Source of the DNA: Candidatus Omnitrophota bacterium | Lineage (GTDB): Bacteria; Ratteibacteria; UBA8468; MWAK01 | NCBI GenBank assembly: GCA_043826355.1 | Contig: JBDRQI010000001.1 | Coordinates: 1-64,000 of the forward strand | Direction: 5' to 3' | Length of the DNA stretch: 64,000 bases | Shown: piece by piece, positions 30,875 to 40,544 of the stretch | How positions within the stretch are numbered: position 1 is the first letter of the stretch | Layout of the letters: each line of letters opens with the position of its first letter | Notes under the pieces: model-generated | Seen by the model: only the letters and a program-made list of their open reading frames with translations | Told to the model about the DNA's origin: nothing | Database searches by the model: none | Made by a program: the position numbers and the translations under genes

Positions 30875-32392
30875 ATGCAGAAAGCGGATATTGGATTAAT
30901 TGGCGTGGAGGTAATGGGAAGAAGCCTTGTTCTTAATATGGAGGACAAGGGTTATACGGTAGCGGTCTTCAACCGGACCGCCGAAAAGACCAAGGCGTTT
31001 GCCGAAGGCCCGGCCAAAGGAAGAAAGATTATCCCGACCTATGACCTGAAAGATTTCGTTGCCGCGCTGGAAACTCCGCGGAAGATAATGCTGATGGTCA
31101 AAGAAGGCGCGCCGGTGGATAGCTTCATCGAAAAACTTCTGCCTTTGTTGGACAAAGGCGACCTGATTATTGACGGCGGCAACTCCTTTTTTAAGGACAC
31201 AATTAGACGGAATGCTTATCTAACCGAAAAAGGAATTTTCTTTATCGGCACCGGTGTTTCCGGCGGCGAGGAAGGCGCGCTGAAAGGGCCGGCCATCATC
31301 CCGGGAGGACAACGGGAGGCGTATGCCCTGGTTGAAAAAATATTCATTGATATTTCCGCCAAGGCCTATGATGGCGCGCCCTGCGTCGCCTACATGGGTC
31401 CCGACGGCGCCGGCCATTTCGTGAAGATGGTGCACAACGGAATTGAGTATGGTGACATGGAGATGATCGGCGAGTGCGCCTGGGTCTTCCGGAACGCCCT
31501 GGGTATGAGTTCCGGGGAGATAGCCGATATGCTGGGCGAATGGAACGGCAATAAAGACATCCTGCGTTCGTACCTTGTGGAAATTACGGCCGACAGCATG
31601 AAGGAGAAACACAAAGAGGCCGGTGAATATCTGGTGGACCGGGTGGCTGATATCACGCGGATGAAAGGCACCGGCACCTGGACCATTCAGAGCGCTTTGG
31701 AGCTGTTGGTTCCGATACCCTCGATTGCGGCCGCGGTCTTTTCCCGGGAGATGTCCCAGGATAAGGATTTAAGGTTGAAGATGTCCCGGATATTAACCCT
31801 GCCTGCCCAAAAAAGCAGCGGTAATGCAGGGGAGGGGTTACATCCCCTCCCGCGGGAAGAAATTATTGACCTTGGCCATGATGCACTTTACATCGCCAAG
31901 ATTGCGTCTTATGCCCAGGGCATGGCTTTGCTGCAGGCCGCTTCAAGGGAGTACAAGTTTAATCTGAACTTGGGAAAAATCGCCAAAATTTGGCGCGCCG
32001 GTTGCATCATACGGGCCCAGTTCCTGGACGAAATCAGCAAGGCATACCAGGAGAATCAGAATTTGCCCAACCTTTTGGCCGCCCCGAAATTCGCCGGATT
32101 CGTAAGCCAAAATCTTATGAAACTGGCCCGGTTTATCGGGATTGCCCACAGCGCCGGGTTGCCGGTGATGGCTTTGACCAGCGCTTACGACTATATCGCC
32201 CAGCTGGCCAGCCCGGCCATGTTTTCCGCCCAGGTGGCGGCGCTTCAGCGCGACTATTTCGGCGCCCACGGCTATTTCAAGATTGGCGGTCCAAAAGACC
32301 CGAAACTTGTTACCAACGTTGACGGGAAGGTTCGGGAATACCACACGGAATGGTTATTTGAAGGCCGTCCGGAAAAGGAGATAACCAAATGA
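30875..32392 (+). CDS. gnd: 6-phosphogluconate dehydrogenase (decarboxylating, NADP-type), with an in-frame REP
   Basis: FNRT, DGGNS, SGGEEGA, KMVHNGIEY, KGTG, QRDYFGAH. Confidence 0.95.
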   Translation: MQKADIGLIGVEVMGRSLVLNMEDKGYTVAVFNRTAEKTKAFAEGPAKGRKIIPTYDLKDFVAALETPRKIMLMVKEGAPVDSFIEKLLPLLDKGDLIIDGGNSFFKDTIRRNAYLTEKGIFFIGTGVSGGEEGALKGPAIIPGGQREAYALVEKIFIDISAKAYDGAPCVAYMGPDGAGHFVKMVHNGIEYGDMEMIGECAWVFRNALGMSSGEIADMLGEWNGNKDILRSYLVEITADSMKEKHKEAGEYLVDRVADITRMKGTGTWTIQSALELLVPIPSIAAAVFSREMSQDKDLRLKMSRILTLPAQKSSGNAGEGLHPLPREEIIDLGHDALYIAKIASYAQGMALLQAASREYKFNLNLGKIAKIWRAGCIIRAQFLDEISKAYQENQNLPNLLAAPKFAGFVSQNLMKLARFIGIAHSAGLPVMALTSAYDYIAQLASPAMFSAQVAALQRDYFGAHGYFKIGGPKDPKLVTNVDGKVREYHTEWLFEGRPEKEITK

Positions 32393-33699
32393 AAAATGCG
32401 GTTATCGCCCAGTCCGGAGGACCCACCGCGGTCATCAACAACAGCATCCGCGGCGCAGTTGACGTCCTGAAAGCATCCGGCAAAGTCAGCCGGTTGTACG
32501 GCGCCCGGATGGGTATTATCGGCGTCTTGCAGGAAGAATTACTGGATATTACCGAACAGAGCTCCGACCAGGTAGCCCTTTTGGAACAGACCCCTTCGGC
32601 CGGAGTCTTTGGCAGTTGCCGGTACAAGATAAGGAGCGAAAAGGACCTGAACCGGGTAGTGGCGGTTTTCGCAAAACACGACGTGGGTTATTTCTTTTAC
32701 TGCGGCGGAAATGATTCCATGGACACCGCGGATAAGATTAATAACCTGGCAAAGGAAAAGGGTCTGGACCTGGTTTGCGCCGGGATTGCCAAAACGATTG
32801 ATAATGACGTAGGCGGCGGTTTACAGCCGGACGGCACCTTTGCGATTTGCGACCACAACCCGGGCTACGGCAGCACCATCAGGAGTTTGGCGGTCAATAT
32901 CCTGGAAGCGAACCAGGAGAATAAAGCCAGTTATACCAGCGACCCGGTCCTGGTAATCGGCGTGATGGGCAGGAAGATCGGTTTTATTACCGCCGGCGCC
33001 CGGCTGGCTGACCCGGAACGAAAGATGCCCCTGGTGCTTGTTCTGCCGGAAGCGTTCGGAAAAACAAAGCCGGAAGAGAACCTGGAATATATTACCCGGA
33101 AAGTTAACGAGAAACTGGAAGCGTTCGGGCGCTGCATCGTAGTTGTCAGCGAAGGCGCAAACCTGGGAGATTTGGATATTCTGCGCGACAGTTTCGGCCA
33201 CGAACAGTTCAGCGGTTCCGGCAAAACTACCGAGGGAGTTTTAACCAACTATTTCAACGGTCTGGACCGGAAAGACAGCCGGGGCAGGGCGGAAAGCCGG
33301 CTTAAAATCAGGGGTATTGCCCGCTCGGAAAGACCCGGCACCAAACAGCGCCGTGAAATCGGGACCGTATCCGAAGTAGACCTGTTTGAGGCCTATCAGG
33401 TGGGCGCTGAAGCCGCCCGGATTGCCCTGGAAGGAGAAGGTGGTTTTATGGCTACTATTATCCGGGCGCCCGGCTCAAAGTACCAGGTATCTTTTGACAA
33501 GGTTCTTTTGAAGACGGTGGCTAACGCCGAAAGAAAGTTTCCGGCGGAATGGATTTCCGGAGACAGGATAGACGTAACCGAAGATTTCGTAAGATGGGCC
33601 CTGCCCCTGTTAGGCGGGCCTTTGCCGGTCTTTGCTGATTTCAAGAATGTTTTTGCTCCGAATCTGTGCGGGAAGTACGTTCCTTTTGCCTATCGTTAG
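32389..33699 (+). CDS. Phosphofructokinase-family kinase with a PPi-type signature
   Basis: QSGGPTAVIN, GGNDS, KTIDND, MGR. Confidence 0.85.
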   Translation: MKNAVIAQSGGPTAVINNSIRGAVDVLKASGKVSRLYGARMGIIGVLQEELLDITEQSSDQVALLEQTPSAGVFGSCRYKIRSEKDLNRVVAVFAKHDVGYFFYCGGNDSMDTADKINNLAKEKGLDLVCAGIAKTIDNDVGGGLQPDGTFAICDHNPGYGSTIRSLAVNILEANQENKASYTSDPVLVIGVMGRKIGFITAGARLADPERKMPLVLVLPEAFGKTKPEENLEYITRKVNEKLEAFGRCIVVVSEGANLGDLDILRDSFGHEQFSGSGKTTEGVLTNYFNGLDRKDSRGRAESRLKIRGIARSERPGTKQRREIGTVSEVDLFEAYQVGAEAARIALEGEGGFMATIIRAPGSKYQVSFDKVLLKTVANAERKFPAEWISGDRIDVTEDFVRWALPLLGGPLPVFADFKNVFAPNLCGKYVPFAYR

Positions 33700-33729
33700 G
33701 AAATTAGGGACAACCCCCTAATTTCCTAA
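33696..33729. repeat. aaattagggacaaccccctaattt palindrome (inverted pair at 34786-34857)
   Basis: Hairpin; the same motif occurs twice in inverted orientation at 34786-34857. Confidence 0.8.
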
Positions 33730-33740
33730 TAGGAGAATCT

Positions 33741-34784
33741 ATGCTTTTAACCAAACTTGCCCAGAGAGAGATTAAGGAAGACCCGGAACAGCAATTGAGA
33801 AATTTTAAGCGGACCAAGGATTTTCTGGTGGCCATCGATACCGATGGCTGCGTGACCGACAACATGAACGGAAAGCAAATCCTTATCTTCCATCCCCAGT
33901 ATCTGGAATTTTACCAACTATGGGGGATTGAATCTTATTTCCGGGAAGTGGCCGAGTATTACAACCTTTTTTCCGTCCATCGGGGCTGCAACCGGTTTCT
34001 GGCCGTCCAATTTACCCTAAAAGCGCTGGCGGCCAGAGAAGATGTTGCCGGTGCCGCGGAAGAAAAGGGGGTTTTGCTGCCGGACATAAAACCACTTGAT
34101 GATTACATCGCCTGTTGCAGTCAGAATAATCTGGGTTTGGGAAACCCGAGCCTGGAAAAATTTCTGGCTACCCGGCCCCTGGACCTTGCTATTTATAAAC
34201 TGCTGGGCTGGAGCGAAGCGGTAAACCGGACTTTCCCCTTCGTTAATACCAAAATCCCGCCCTTTGATAACGTAAGCGAGTCCCTGAAACTGATGGCGGA
34301 GAATGCGGATGTCCTGGTAGTTTCCCAGACTCCGTATGAAGACCTGGTCAATTACTGGGATGCCCAGGGGATTTCGGAGCATATCCGTTTTATCGCCGGC
34401 CAGGAAATGGGCAACAAGACACACCACATCCAGGTTGTTAAAGCGGCCGGCGGGTATGAGGACAGCAAGGTGCTGATGCTCGGCGACGGCGACGGTGATT
34501 ACCGGGCGGTTAATAAGAATAACGGACTTTTTTACCCGATACCGGCCGGGCTTGAACAGGAAGCCTGGCGCAAATTTCCGGAAAGGTTTGAACTGTTCTT
34601 AAAAGGGGAATATAAAGGAGAGATTGAAGACAAACTTTTTTCCGAATTTTCCAAAGTTTTACTCAACACGCCGCCCTGGGAAGAACCGGGCTACGACCAC
34701 AAAAAGGCATACCGGGCAAAACAGGAAATCAGAAAGACACTGTACGCAAAACTCAATCCCGGCGGCCGTCTGCTGACACTTTGA
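33741..34784 (+). CDS. HAD-superfamily hydrolase
   Basis: AIDTDGC, VVSQT, MLGDGDGD. Confidence 0.8.
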   Translation: MLLTKLAQREIKEDPEQQLRNFKRTKDFLVAIDTDGCVTDNMNGKQILIFHPQYLEFYQLWGIESYFREVAEYYNLFSVHRGCNRFLAVQFTLKALAAREDVAGAAEEKGVLLPDIKPLDDYIACCSQNNLGLGNPSLEKFLATRPLDLAIYKLLGWSEAVNRTFPFVNTKIPPFDNVSESLKLMAENADVLVVSQTPYEDLVNYWDAQGISEHIRFIAGQEMGNKTHHIQVVKAAGGYEDSKVLMLGDGDGDYRAVNKNNGLFYPIPAGLEQEAWRKFPERFELFLKGEYKGEIEDKLFSEFSKVLLNTPPWEEPGYDHKKAYRAKQEIRKTLYAKLNPGGRLLTL

Positions 34785-34868
34785 GGAAATTAGGGACAGC
34801 CCCCTAATTTTCGCTATTTCGCCTAAATTAAAAAATTAGGGGGCTGTCCCTAATTTCAAAAGGATAAA

Positions 34869-36176
34869 ATGCTATTTGGCAAAGGTAATTCTGAAACCTT
34901 TTTCTCCGACGCAGAGTTGGCATCTCTCTGTGTCGAAGGACTGAAGAAAGGTAATTTCAGCGGTAAAAAAGTTCTGGTAATCATCCCGGATGCCACCCGG
35001 TCCGGCCCGATTAAACTGATCTTCCGGGCAATCTGCGAAGCCCTGCAGCCGCAAGCCGGAAAGGTTGATTTTATCGTTGCCCTGGGAACACATCCGGAGA
35101 TGTCTGAAGAAAAGATAAATGCTCATCTGGGACTGACGGCCGCGGAGAGAAGCGGCAAATTCCGTAATGTTGGAATATTTCAGCACCGTTGGTCTCATTC
35201 TGAGGAATTAAAACAGATAGGTGTTATTGCTGCGGCCCGGGTGGCGGAGATTTCCGCCGGTCTTTTGCGCGAAGATATTCCGGTGACGATAAACAAAAAA
35301 GTTTTTGATTACCAGGAACTTATCCTGGTCGGACCGGTCTTCCCCCACGAAGTAGTCGGATTTTCCGGCGGCTATAAATACCTTTTCCCCGGTATCGCCG
35401 GTCCCCAATTCCTCCATAAATTTCACTGGCTGGGCGCGCTCATCACCAATCCCAAGATAAACGGAACCAAAGATACCCCGGTCAGGCGAGCGCTCAACGA
35501 AGCCGCCTCGTTCCTTAACCTCCCCATTACAAACATTTCTTATGTCGTTAAGGAAAAGAAGGCCTACGGCCTGTACATCGGCGGACAGGGGGCGTGGTCA
35601 ATTGCCGCCGACCTTTCCAGCCGTCTCAATATTCGATATGTTGCAAAGAGTTTCCACACCGTTTTATCAATGGCTCCGGAGATGTACGAAGATATCTGGA
35701 CCGCCGGAAAGTGTATGTATAAACTGGAACCGGTTGTGGCGGACAAAGGAACCCTGATAATTTACGCGCCTCACATTACTGAGGTTTCCTATACTCACGG
35801 AGACGATATCAAGAAGGTGGGTTATCACACCCGCGATTTTTTCTTAAAGCAATGGGATAAATTTAAAGATATTTCAGGGGCCATCCTGGCACATTCTACC
35901 CACGTTAAGGGAATCGGCACCTACACTTTCCTCCCCCCCGGTGGGGGAGGAGGCGTGGTGGGGGGGTATGAAAATCCCCGCGTCAACGTAGTCTTGGCGA
36001 CCGGAATTCCTGAGGAGGAATGCCGGAGAATCAATCTCGGCTACCTGGATTTTCGGAAGATAAGGATTGAAGATTATACCGGCAAGGAGGACCAGGGAAT
36101 TCTGAAAGTGGAAAATGCCGGAGAGATACTTTTCCGCCTGGCCAGTGACATTGTTCCGGACATAGACAAACTATAA
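34869..36176 (+). CDS. Lactate racemase (LarA) homolog; candidate nickel-pincer 2-hydroxyacid/sugar-acid epimerase
   Basis: PDATRS, ALGTH, PHEVVGFSGGYK, FHW, AGKCMYK. Confidence 0.85.
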   Translation: MLFGKGNSETFFSDAELASLCVEGLKKGNFSGKKVLVIIPDATRSGPIKLIFRAICEALQPQAGKVDFIVALGTHPEMSEEKINAHLGLTAAERSGKFRNVGIFQHRWSHSEELKQIGVIAAARVAEISAGLLREDIPVTINKKVFDYQELILVGPVFPHEVVGFSGGYKYLFPGIAGPQFLHKFHWLGALITNPKINGTKDTPVRRALNEAASFLNLPITNISYVVKEKKAYGLYIGGQGAWSIAADLSSRLNIRYVAKSFHTVLSMAPEMYEDIWTAGKCMYKLEPVVADKGTLIIYAPHITEVSYTHGDDIKKVGYHTRDFFLKQWDKFKDISGAILAHSTHVKGIGTYTFLPPGGGGGVVGGYENPRVNVVLATGIPEEECRRINLGYLDFRKIRIEDYTGKEDQGILKVENAGEILFRLASDIVPDIDKL

Positions 36177-36179
36177 AAG

Positions 36180-37598
36180 ATGATAATTAAGCAAAACCAG
36201 GATGAAATTCAAAGTTACCTGGAAGATGCGTCCAATTTCCGGGCCGGCAGCGCGGAAGCGCTCTACGTCCCGGAAAACGAGGCGGAGATAGTTCAGGCGG
36301 TTTTGGAGTGCAGCCGGGAGAAGATTCCCTTAACTATCAACGGCGGCGGCACCGGAACCGTAGCGGGTCGCATTCCGGTGGGCGGCCGTATCCTTACCGT
36401 GGAGAAACTTGACCGTATTCTCTCTGTTGAACCGGAGCGCAGGCGGGCATCGCTGCAGGCCGGAGTGATTGTCGATAACTTCCTGAACTTGCTGGAAAAG
36501 GATAATCTTTTCTACCCCCCCTTCCCTACCGAAAGGACCGCCTTTATTTCGGGAAACGCTTCCACCAACGCCTCCGGCGAGTACAGTTATTATTTCGGGC
36601 CGACCCGCCGATACGTGGAACGGCTGAAAGTTGTTCTTTCCGACGGCGAGATTGTGGAGATAAAAAGAGGCGAGTCATTTGCCGGCCGCGGCGGTTTTTT
36701 AAAAATAGGGTCTAAAAAGGTCAAGACACCTTCCTATGTAACCCCGGACATCAAATGTTCCGCCGGATATTTCTGCCGGCCCGGCATGGACGCCATCGAC
36801 CTTTTTATCGGTTCGGAGGGTACCCTGGGTATTTTTACCGAGGTGGACGTGTCGCTCATACCGTCGCTTTCCAACCGGGTGATTATGGTCTTTTTCTTTT
36901 CCGAAAAAGAACGTCTCCTTGATTTCCTGTCCGTAGTTAAAAGTGATAAGGCCCTTTCCGCTCTTACCCTGGAATATTTTGACAGCCACAGTCTGGATTT
37001 TTTACGGCCGGACTTTCCCAAAATACCGGAGTGCAAATTCGCTTTATACGTTGAAGCGCTGGAAAGCAGTTTGGAAAAATGGCTGGACCTTCTGGAAGGG
37101 TATCCGATTATCGATACCTGGGTGGGCCAGGATGCAAAATCCTATCAGACCCTGATCGATTTCCGGCATCGCCTGCCGGAAAATATTAATGCCTACTTTA
37201 AAAAAATCGGTTCCACCAAGGTTTCCCTTGATTTTGCGGTTCCGGCGGACCGGTTCGCAGAACTCTATACCTATTACCAAAATGTCCGGGAGGCAAATAG
37301 CGACGTAGAAACTATCCTTTTCGGCCACATCGGCGAAAACCATCTTCATTTTAACTATTTTCCCAAAGACCAGAAGGAAAAAGAGCGGGTCAGCCGTCTT
37401 TACGAAGAGGCCGCGGGTAAAGTCATTTCCATGGGCGGGACGATTGCCGCGGAACACGGCATCGGTAAATTGAAACATAAATATCTGGAAATGATGTACG
37501 GCAAGGAAGGAATCTCGCAGATGGCAGCAGTGAAAAAGACGCTGGACCCGGCCGGCATACTTGGGCTTGACAATATTTTTCCCCGCACTTTACTGTAG
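36180..37598 (+). CDS. FAD-linked oxidoreductase, GlcD / D-2-hydroxyacid dehydrogenase-like
   Basis: GGGTG, GNASTNASG, GSEGTLG, GHIGENHLH, AEHGIG. Confidence 0.88.
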   Translation: MIIKQNQDEIQSYLEDASNFRAGSAEALYVPENEAEIVQAVLECSREKIPLTINGGGTGTVAGRIPVGGRILTVEKLDRILSVEPERRRASLQAGVIVDNFLNLLEKDNLFYPPFPTERTAFISGNASTNASGEYSYYFGPTRRYVERLKVVLSDGEIVEIKRGESFAGRGGFLKIGSKKVKTPSYVTPDIKCSAGYFCRPGMDAIDLFIGSEGTLGIFTEVDVSLIPSLSNRVIMVFFFSEKERLLDFLSVVKSDKALSALTLEYFDSHSLDFLRPDFPKIPECKFALYVEALESSLEKWLDLLEGYPIIDTWVGQDAKSYQTLIDFRHRLPENINAYFKKIGSTKVSLDFAVPADRFAELYTYYQNVREANSDVETILFGHIGENHLHFNYFPKDQKEKERVSRLYEEAAGKVISMGGTIAAEHGIGKLKHKYLEMMYGKEGISQMAAVKKTLDPAGILGLDNIFPRTLL

Positions 37599-37672
37599 AG
37601 AGATTTTAATCATCCTTGATTTTCCTCCCCATAGATACGGGGGGGTGGGGCGGGAGTGGAAAAGGGGCTAAA

Positions 37673-38767
37673 ATGTTAAAGGTACCTTTGGCAAAGCCGA
37701 AGCCGGATATTGGAAAATTTCTCAGGGTTATCCGGGGCGAAGAGATACCGGAAAGGCCTCCTCTGGTAGAACTCTTTCTTGACCACGAAATAGTGCGGGA
37801 AATTTCCCGCACCTGCCTTAGCCGTAATTGGACTGAGCCATCCGCAGATTGGGAATCGCAAACCGCCTATTTAAAGAACTGGATAGAGGTATACTATCGG
37901 ATGGGTTACGACTACGTGCGCATGTCCGGCGGTCTTGATTTTTCCGGTAAGAGTCGATTAAGCAAAAACACGGCTGCTCTTTCAACGGGGAATCGGAACT
38001 GGGCCGAAGAAGGCAAAGGCCCGATAAGTACCTGGCAGGAGTTTGAAAATTACCCCTGGCCTAACCCGGGGAAACAAAACTTGCGCGAGTATGAATTTGT
38101 AGCGCAGAACCTGCCGGAAGGGATGGGTCTTTTTGTCTGTCCGGCCAGTGGTTTTCTGGAAATACCCCTGGACAACCTTTTTGGTTATCAGAATCTTTGT
38201 TATCTTCTTTACGACAATCCGAAATTGGTATCCGCCGTCTTTGATAAAGTCGGTCGGATAATATACGAATTTTACGAGCGGCTGCTGGGCCTGCCTAACC
38301 TCTGTGGGTTCTTCCAGGGAGACGACATGGGTTACAAGACCGGCACCTTGATTGCGCCGGACGAAATTCGCAAACATGTATTGCCCTGGCACAAAAAACT
38401 GGCCGCTCTTGCGCACCAGCAGAAACTGGTTTATCTCCTCCACACCTGCGGCAATCTGGAACAGATAACCGGGGATTTGATTGACGACGTGAAGATAGAC
38501 GGCCGTCATTCTTTTGAAGATGAAGGCAATCCGGTCGTAGATTTTAAGAGAAAATACGGCAGCAGGACAGCGGTTCTCGGCGGTGTTGATGTTGACAAGT
38601 TATGCCGCCTGCCGGAGGATGCTTTGCGCACTCATGTGCGGCAGATTATCAAGACCTGTCTGCCTGGCGGCCGCTTTGCTCTGGGCTCCGGAAATACGGT
38701 GGCAAATTACGTACCCATCTCCAACTATTTGGCGATGGTGGAAGAAGGCTTGAACTTTAGAGGGTGA
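37673..38767 (+). CDS. Uroporphyrinogen decarboxylase/MtaA-family protein
   Basis: GDDMG, LHTCG, GGVDVD, GSGNTVANY; start moved to ATG 37673, past a hairpin repeat. Confidence 0.8.
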   Translation: MLKVPLAKPKPDIGKFLRVIRGEEIPERPPLVELFLDHEIVREISRTCLSRNWTEPSADWESQTAYLKNWIEVYYRMGYDYVRMSGGLDFSGKSRLSKNTAALSTGNRNWAEEGKGPISTWQEFENYPWPNPGKQNLREYEFVAQNLPEGMGLFVCPASGFLEIPLDNLFGYQNLCYLLYDNPKLVSAVFDKVGRIIYEFYERLLGLPNLCGFFQGDDMGYKTGTLIAPDEIRKHVLPWHKKLAALAHQQKLVYLLHTCGNLEQITGDLIDDVKIDGRHSFEDEGNPVVDFKRKYGSRTAVLGGVDVDKLCRLPEDALRTHVRQIIKTCLPGGRFALGSGNTVANYVPISNYLAMVEEGLNFRG

Positions 38768-38805
38768 AAACAATCCAAAAGAATTAAAGGATTTTGTATT
38801 TCTTC

Positions 38806-38944
38806 AAGAGAGGTTCGTCTCTTTTGCGGCACTTGCGAAGCGGTAGTGTAAGACAAGCAGAACGAAGGGATGAGTATCCGTGGCTCATACGGAGTAGTAT
38901 TGAGAACACGGAGAGTCTCGTTCCTGAGTTGCGTAGATTTTACC
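38806..38944 (-). repeat. ~140-bp dispersed repeat, copy 2 (inverted)
   Basis: Reverse complement ctacgcaactcaggaacgagactctccgtgttctca...ggatactcatcccttcgttctgcttg matches copy 3. Confidence 0.8.
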
Positions 38945-38986
38945 TGATGCGCAGCGCGTGCAGAAAAAGAGACAACCGAACGCTCT

Positions 38987-39913
38987 ATGATTATTCTGGG
39001 AATTGAAAGTTCCTGCGACGAAACCGCAGCCGCCCTGGTAGCGGACGGCACTAAAATATTGTCTTCCGAGGTTGCCAGCCAGGAGGATATTCACTCTCTT
39101 TACGGCGGAGTGGTTCCGGAACTGGCCAGCCGGCAGCACCTGGAAGTAATCGTGCCCATTTTTAAACGCTGCTTGCAGAAAGCCGGCATCAAAATATCGG
39201 CGGTAAATGCGGTGGCAGCCACCACCGCACCGGGCCTTTCCGGTTCCCTGCTTGTCGGAGACAATTTTGGCCGTGCCGTTGCCCTTGCCCTGGAAGTTCC
39301 GTTTGTACCGGTTAATCATCTTGAAGCGCATCTGGCCGCAAACTTTTTTCCTCAATTGCCGGAATTTCCGGCTCTCGGACTGGTTGTTTCCGGCGGTCAC
39401 TCCTCACTTTTTCTCCTTTCCGGTCCGAACGATTTTCAAGTTTTAGGTGAAACCAGGGATGATGCCGCCGGTGAGACATTTGATAAAATAGCCCGGGTTC
39501 TTTCTTTGTGCTATCCCGGCGGCCCGCCCCTGGAAAGGTTGGCGGCGACCGCGGAAAGCGCAATCCGTTTTCCGCTGCCCGGCGTAAAGAATTCGTACGA
39601 TTTTAGTTTCAGCGGCTTAAAGACCGCAGTTGTTTATTATCTGAAAGAACATCCGGAGGCTGATAAGGCGGCGGTGGCTGCCGGTTTCCAGAATTCGGTG
39701 GTGGAAGGTCTGATACGAAAACTTGAGTATGCCCGTAACCGGCATAAGGTTCGTTCCATCCTGACCGGCGGCGGGGTTCTGGCAAACAATTTTTTGAGGT
39801 CTAAACTCAAAATCTGGGCAGAAGAGAAAGGGATAGGACTGCGGATACCTTCAGTCGCTTTTTCGCTGGATAATGCGGGTATGGTTGCGGTTAGGGCTTT
39901 CTACCTTCTGTAA
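38987..39913 (+). CDS. tsaD: tRNA N6-adenosine threonylcarbamoyltransferase
   Basis: GIESSCDET, GGVVPE, HLEAH, VSGGH, DDAAGETFDK, FSFSGLKT, DNAGM. Confidence 0.97.
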   Translation: MIILGIESSCDETAAALVADGTKILSSEVASQEDIHSLYGGVVPELASRQHLEVIVPIFKRCLQKAGIKISAVNAVAATTAPGLSGSLLVGDNFGRAVALALEVPFVPVNHLEAHLAANFFPQLPEFPALGLVVSGGHSSLFLLSGPNDFQVLGETRDDAAGETFDKIARVLSLCYPGGPPLERLAATAESAIRFPLPGVKNSYDFSFSGLKTAVVYYLKEHPEADKAAVAAGFQNSVVEGLIRKLEYARNRHKVRSILTGGGVLANNFLRSKLKIWAEEKGIGLRIPSVAFSLDNAGMVAVRAFYLL

Positions 39914-40384
39914 AAATTCCTTCAGTAGTTCCAGCGCCTTGATGCAGGCGGACTGCCTGATTTCCTGCCGGTTTCCGGAAAAGTTAAACTGACGGACTAA
40001 TCTTGTTTTGCGCGCTTCCAGGCCGATGTAAACCAGTCCGATTGACTTACCGGTTGTTTCTCCGGAAGGTCCGGCAATCCCCGTTATTGACAGGCCAACC
40101 CTGGCGGTCGTCGCTTTCCGGGCGCCCCGGGCCATGGCAACCGCGGTTTCTGCGCTTACGGCACCGAACTTGCGCAGACAGGGTGCTGTTACTTTTAACA
40201 CCTTTTTTTTAACTTTATTACGATACGCCACGATACTGCCGTTAAAATACCCGGAACTGCCCGGAATATCGGTTATCGCGGCGGCCAAAAGCCCGCCGGT
40301 GCAGGATTCGGCAAGTCCCAGAGTTAAGTTTTTGGCAAGTAAAAGCCCGCCGATTTTTTCCGCTAAACTCGTCAATTCTTCCAT
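39851..40384 (-). CDS. CinA C-terminal domain protein (NMN deamidase PncC-like)
   Basis: AESCTGG, PGSS, GAVS, TGIAGP; 3' end overlaps tsaD convergently. Confidence 0.88.
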   Translation of the reverse strand: MEELTSLAEKIGGLLLAKNLTLGLAESCTGGLLAAAITDIPGSSGYFNGSIVAYRNKVKKKVLKVTAPCLRKFGAVSAETAVAMARGARKATTARVGLSITGIAGPSGETTGKSIGLVYIGLEARKTRLVRQFNFSGNRQEIRQSACIKALELLKEFLQKVESPNRNHTRIIQRKSD

Positions 40385-40446
40385 AGGAAATTTTATCCAC
40401 AACGTATCCTTATTATCTAATTTAATCGTGGGTGAGGTCAAATATC

Positions 40447-40476
40447 TTGCCTTTTTTCTCTATTTTGGGTTATAAT
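40447..40476 (+). promoter_or_regulatory. Sigma70-type promoter
   Basis: TTGCCT-18 nt-TATAAT upstream of the gene at 40545. Confidence 0.5.
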
Positions 40477-40544
40477 TTCCCGGTAAGAAGAGTATATTTG
40501 GTATAATTTTTGCTTGTGTGGAATAAAGAATTATAGGAGGCGGT

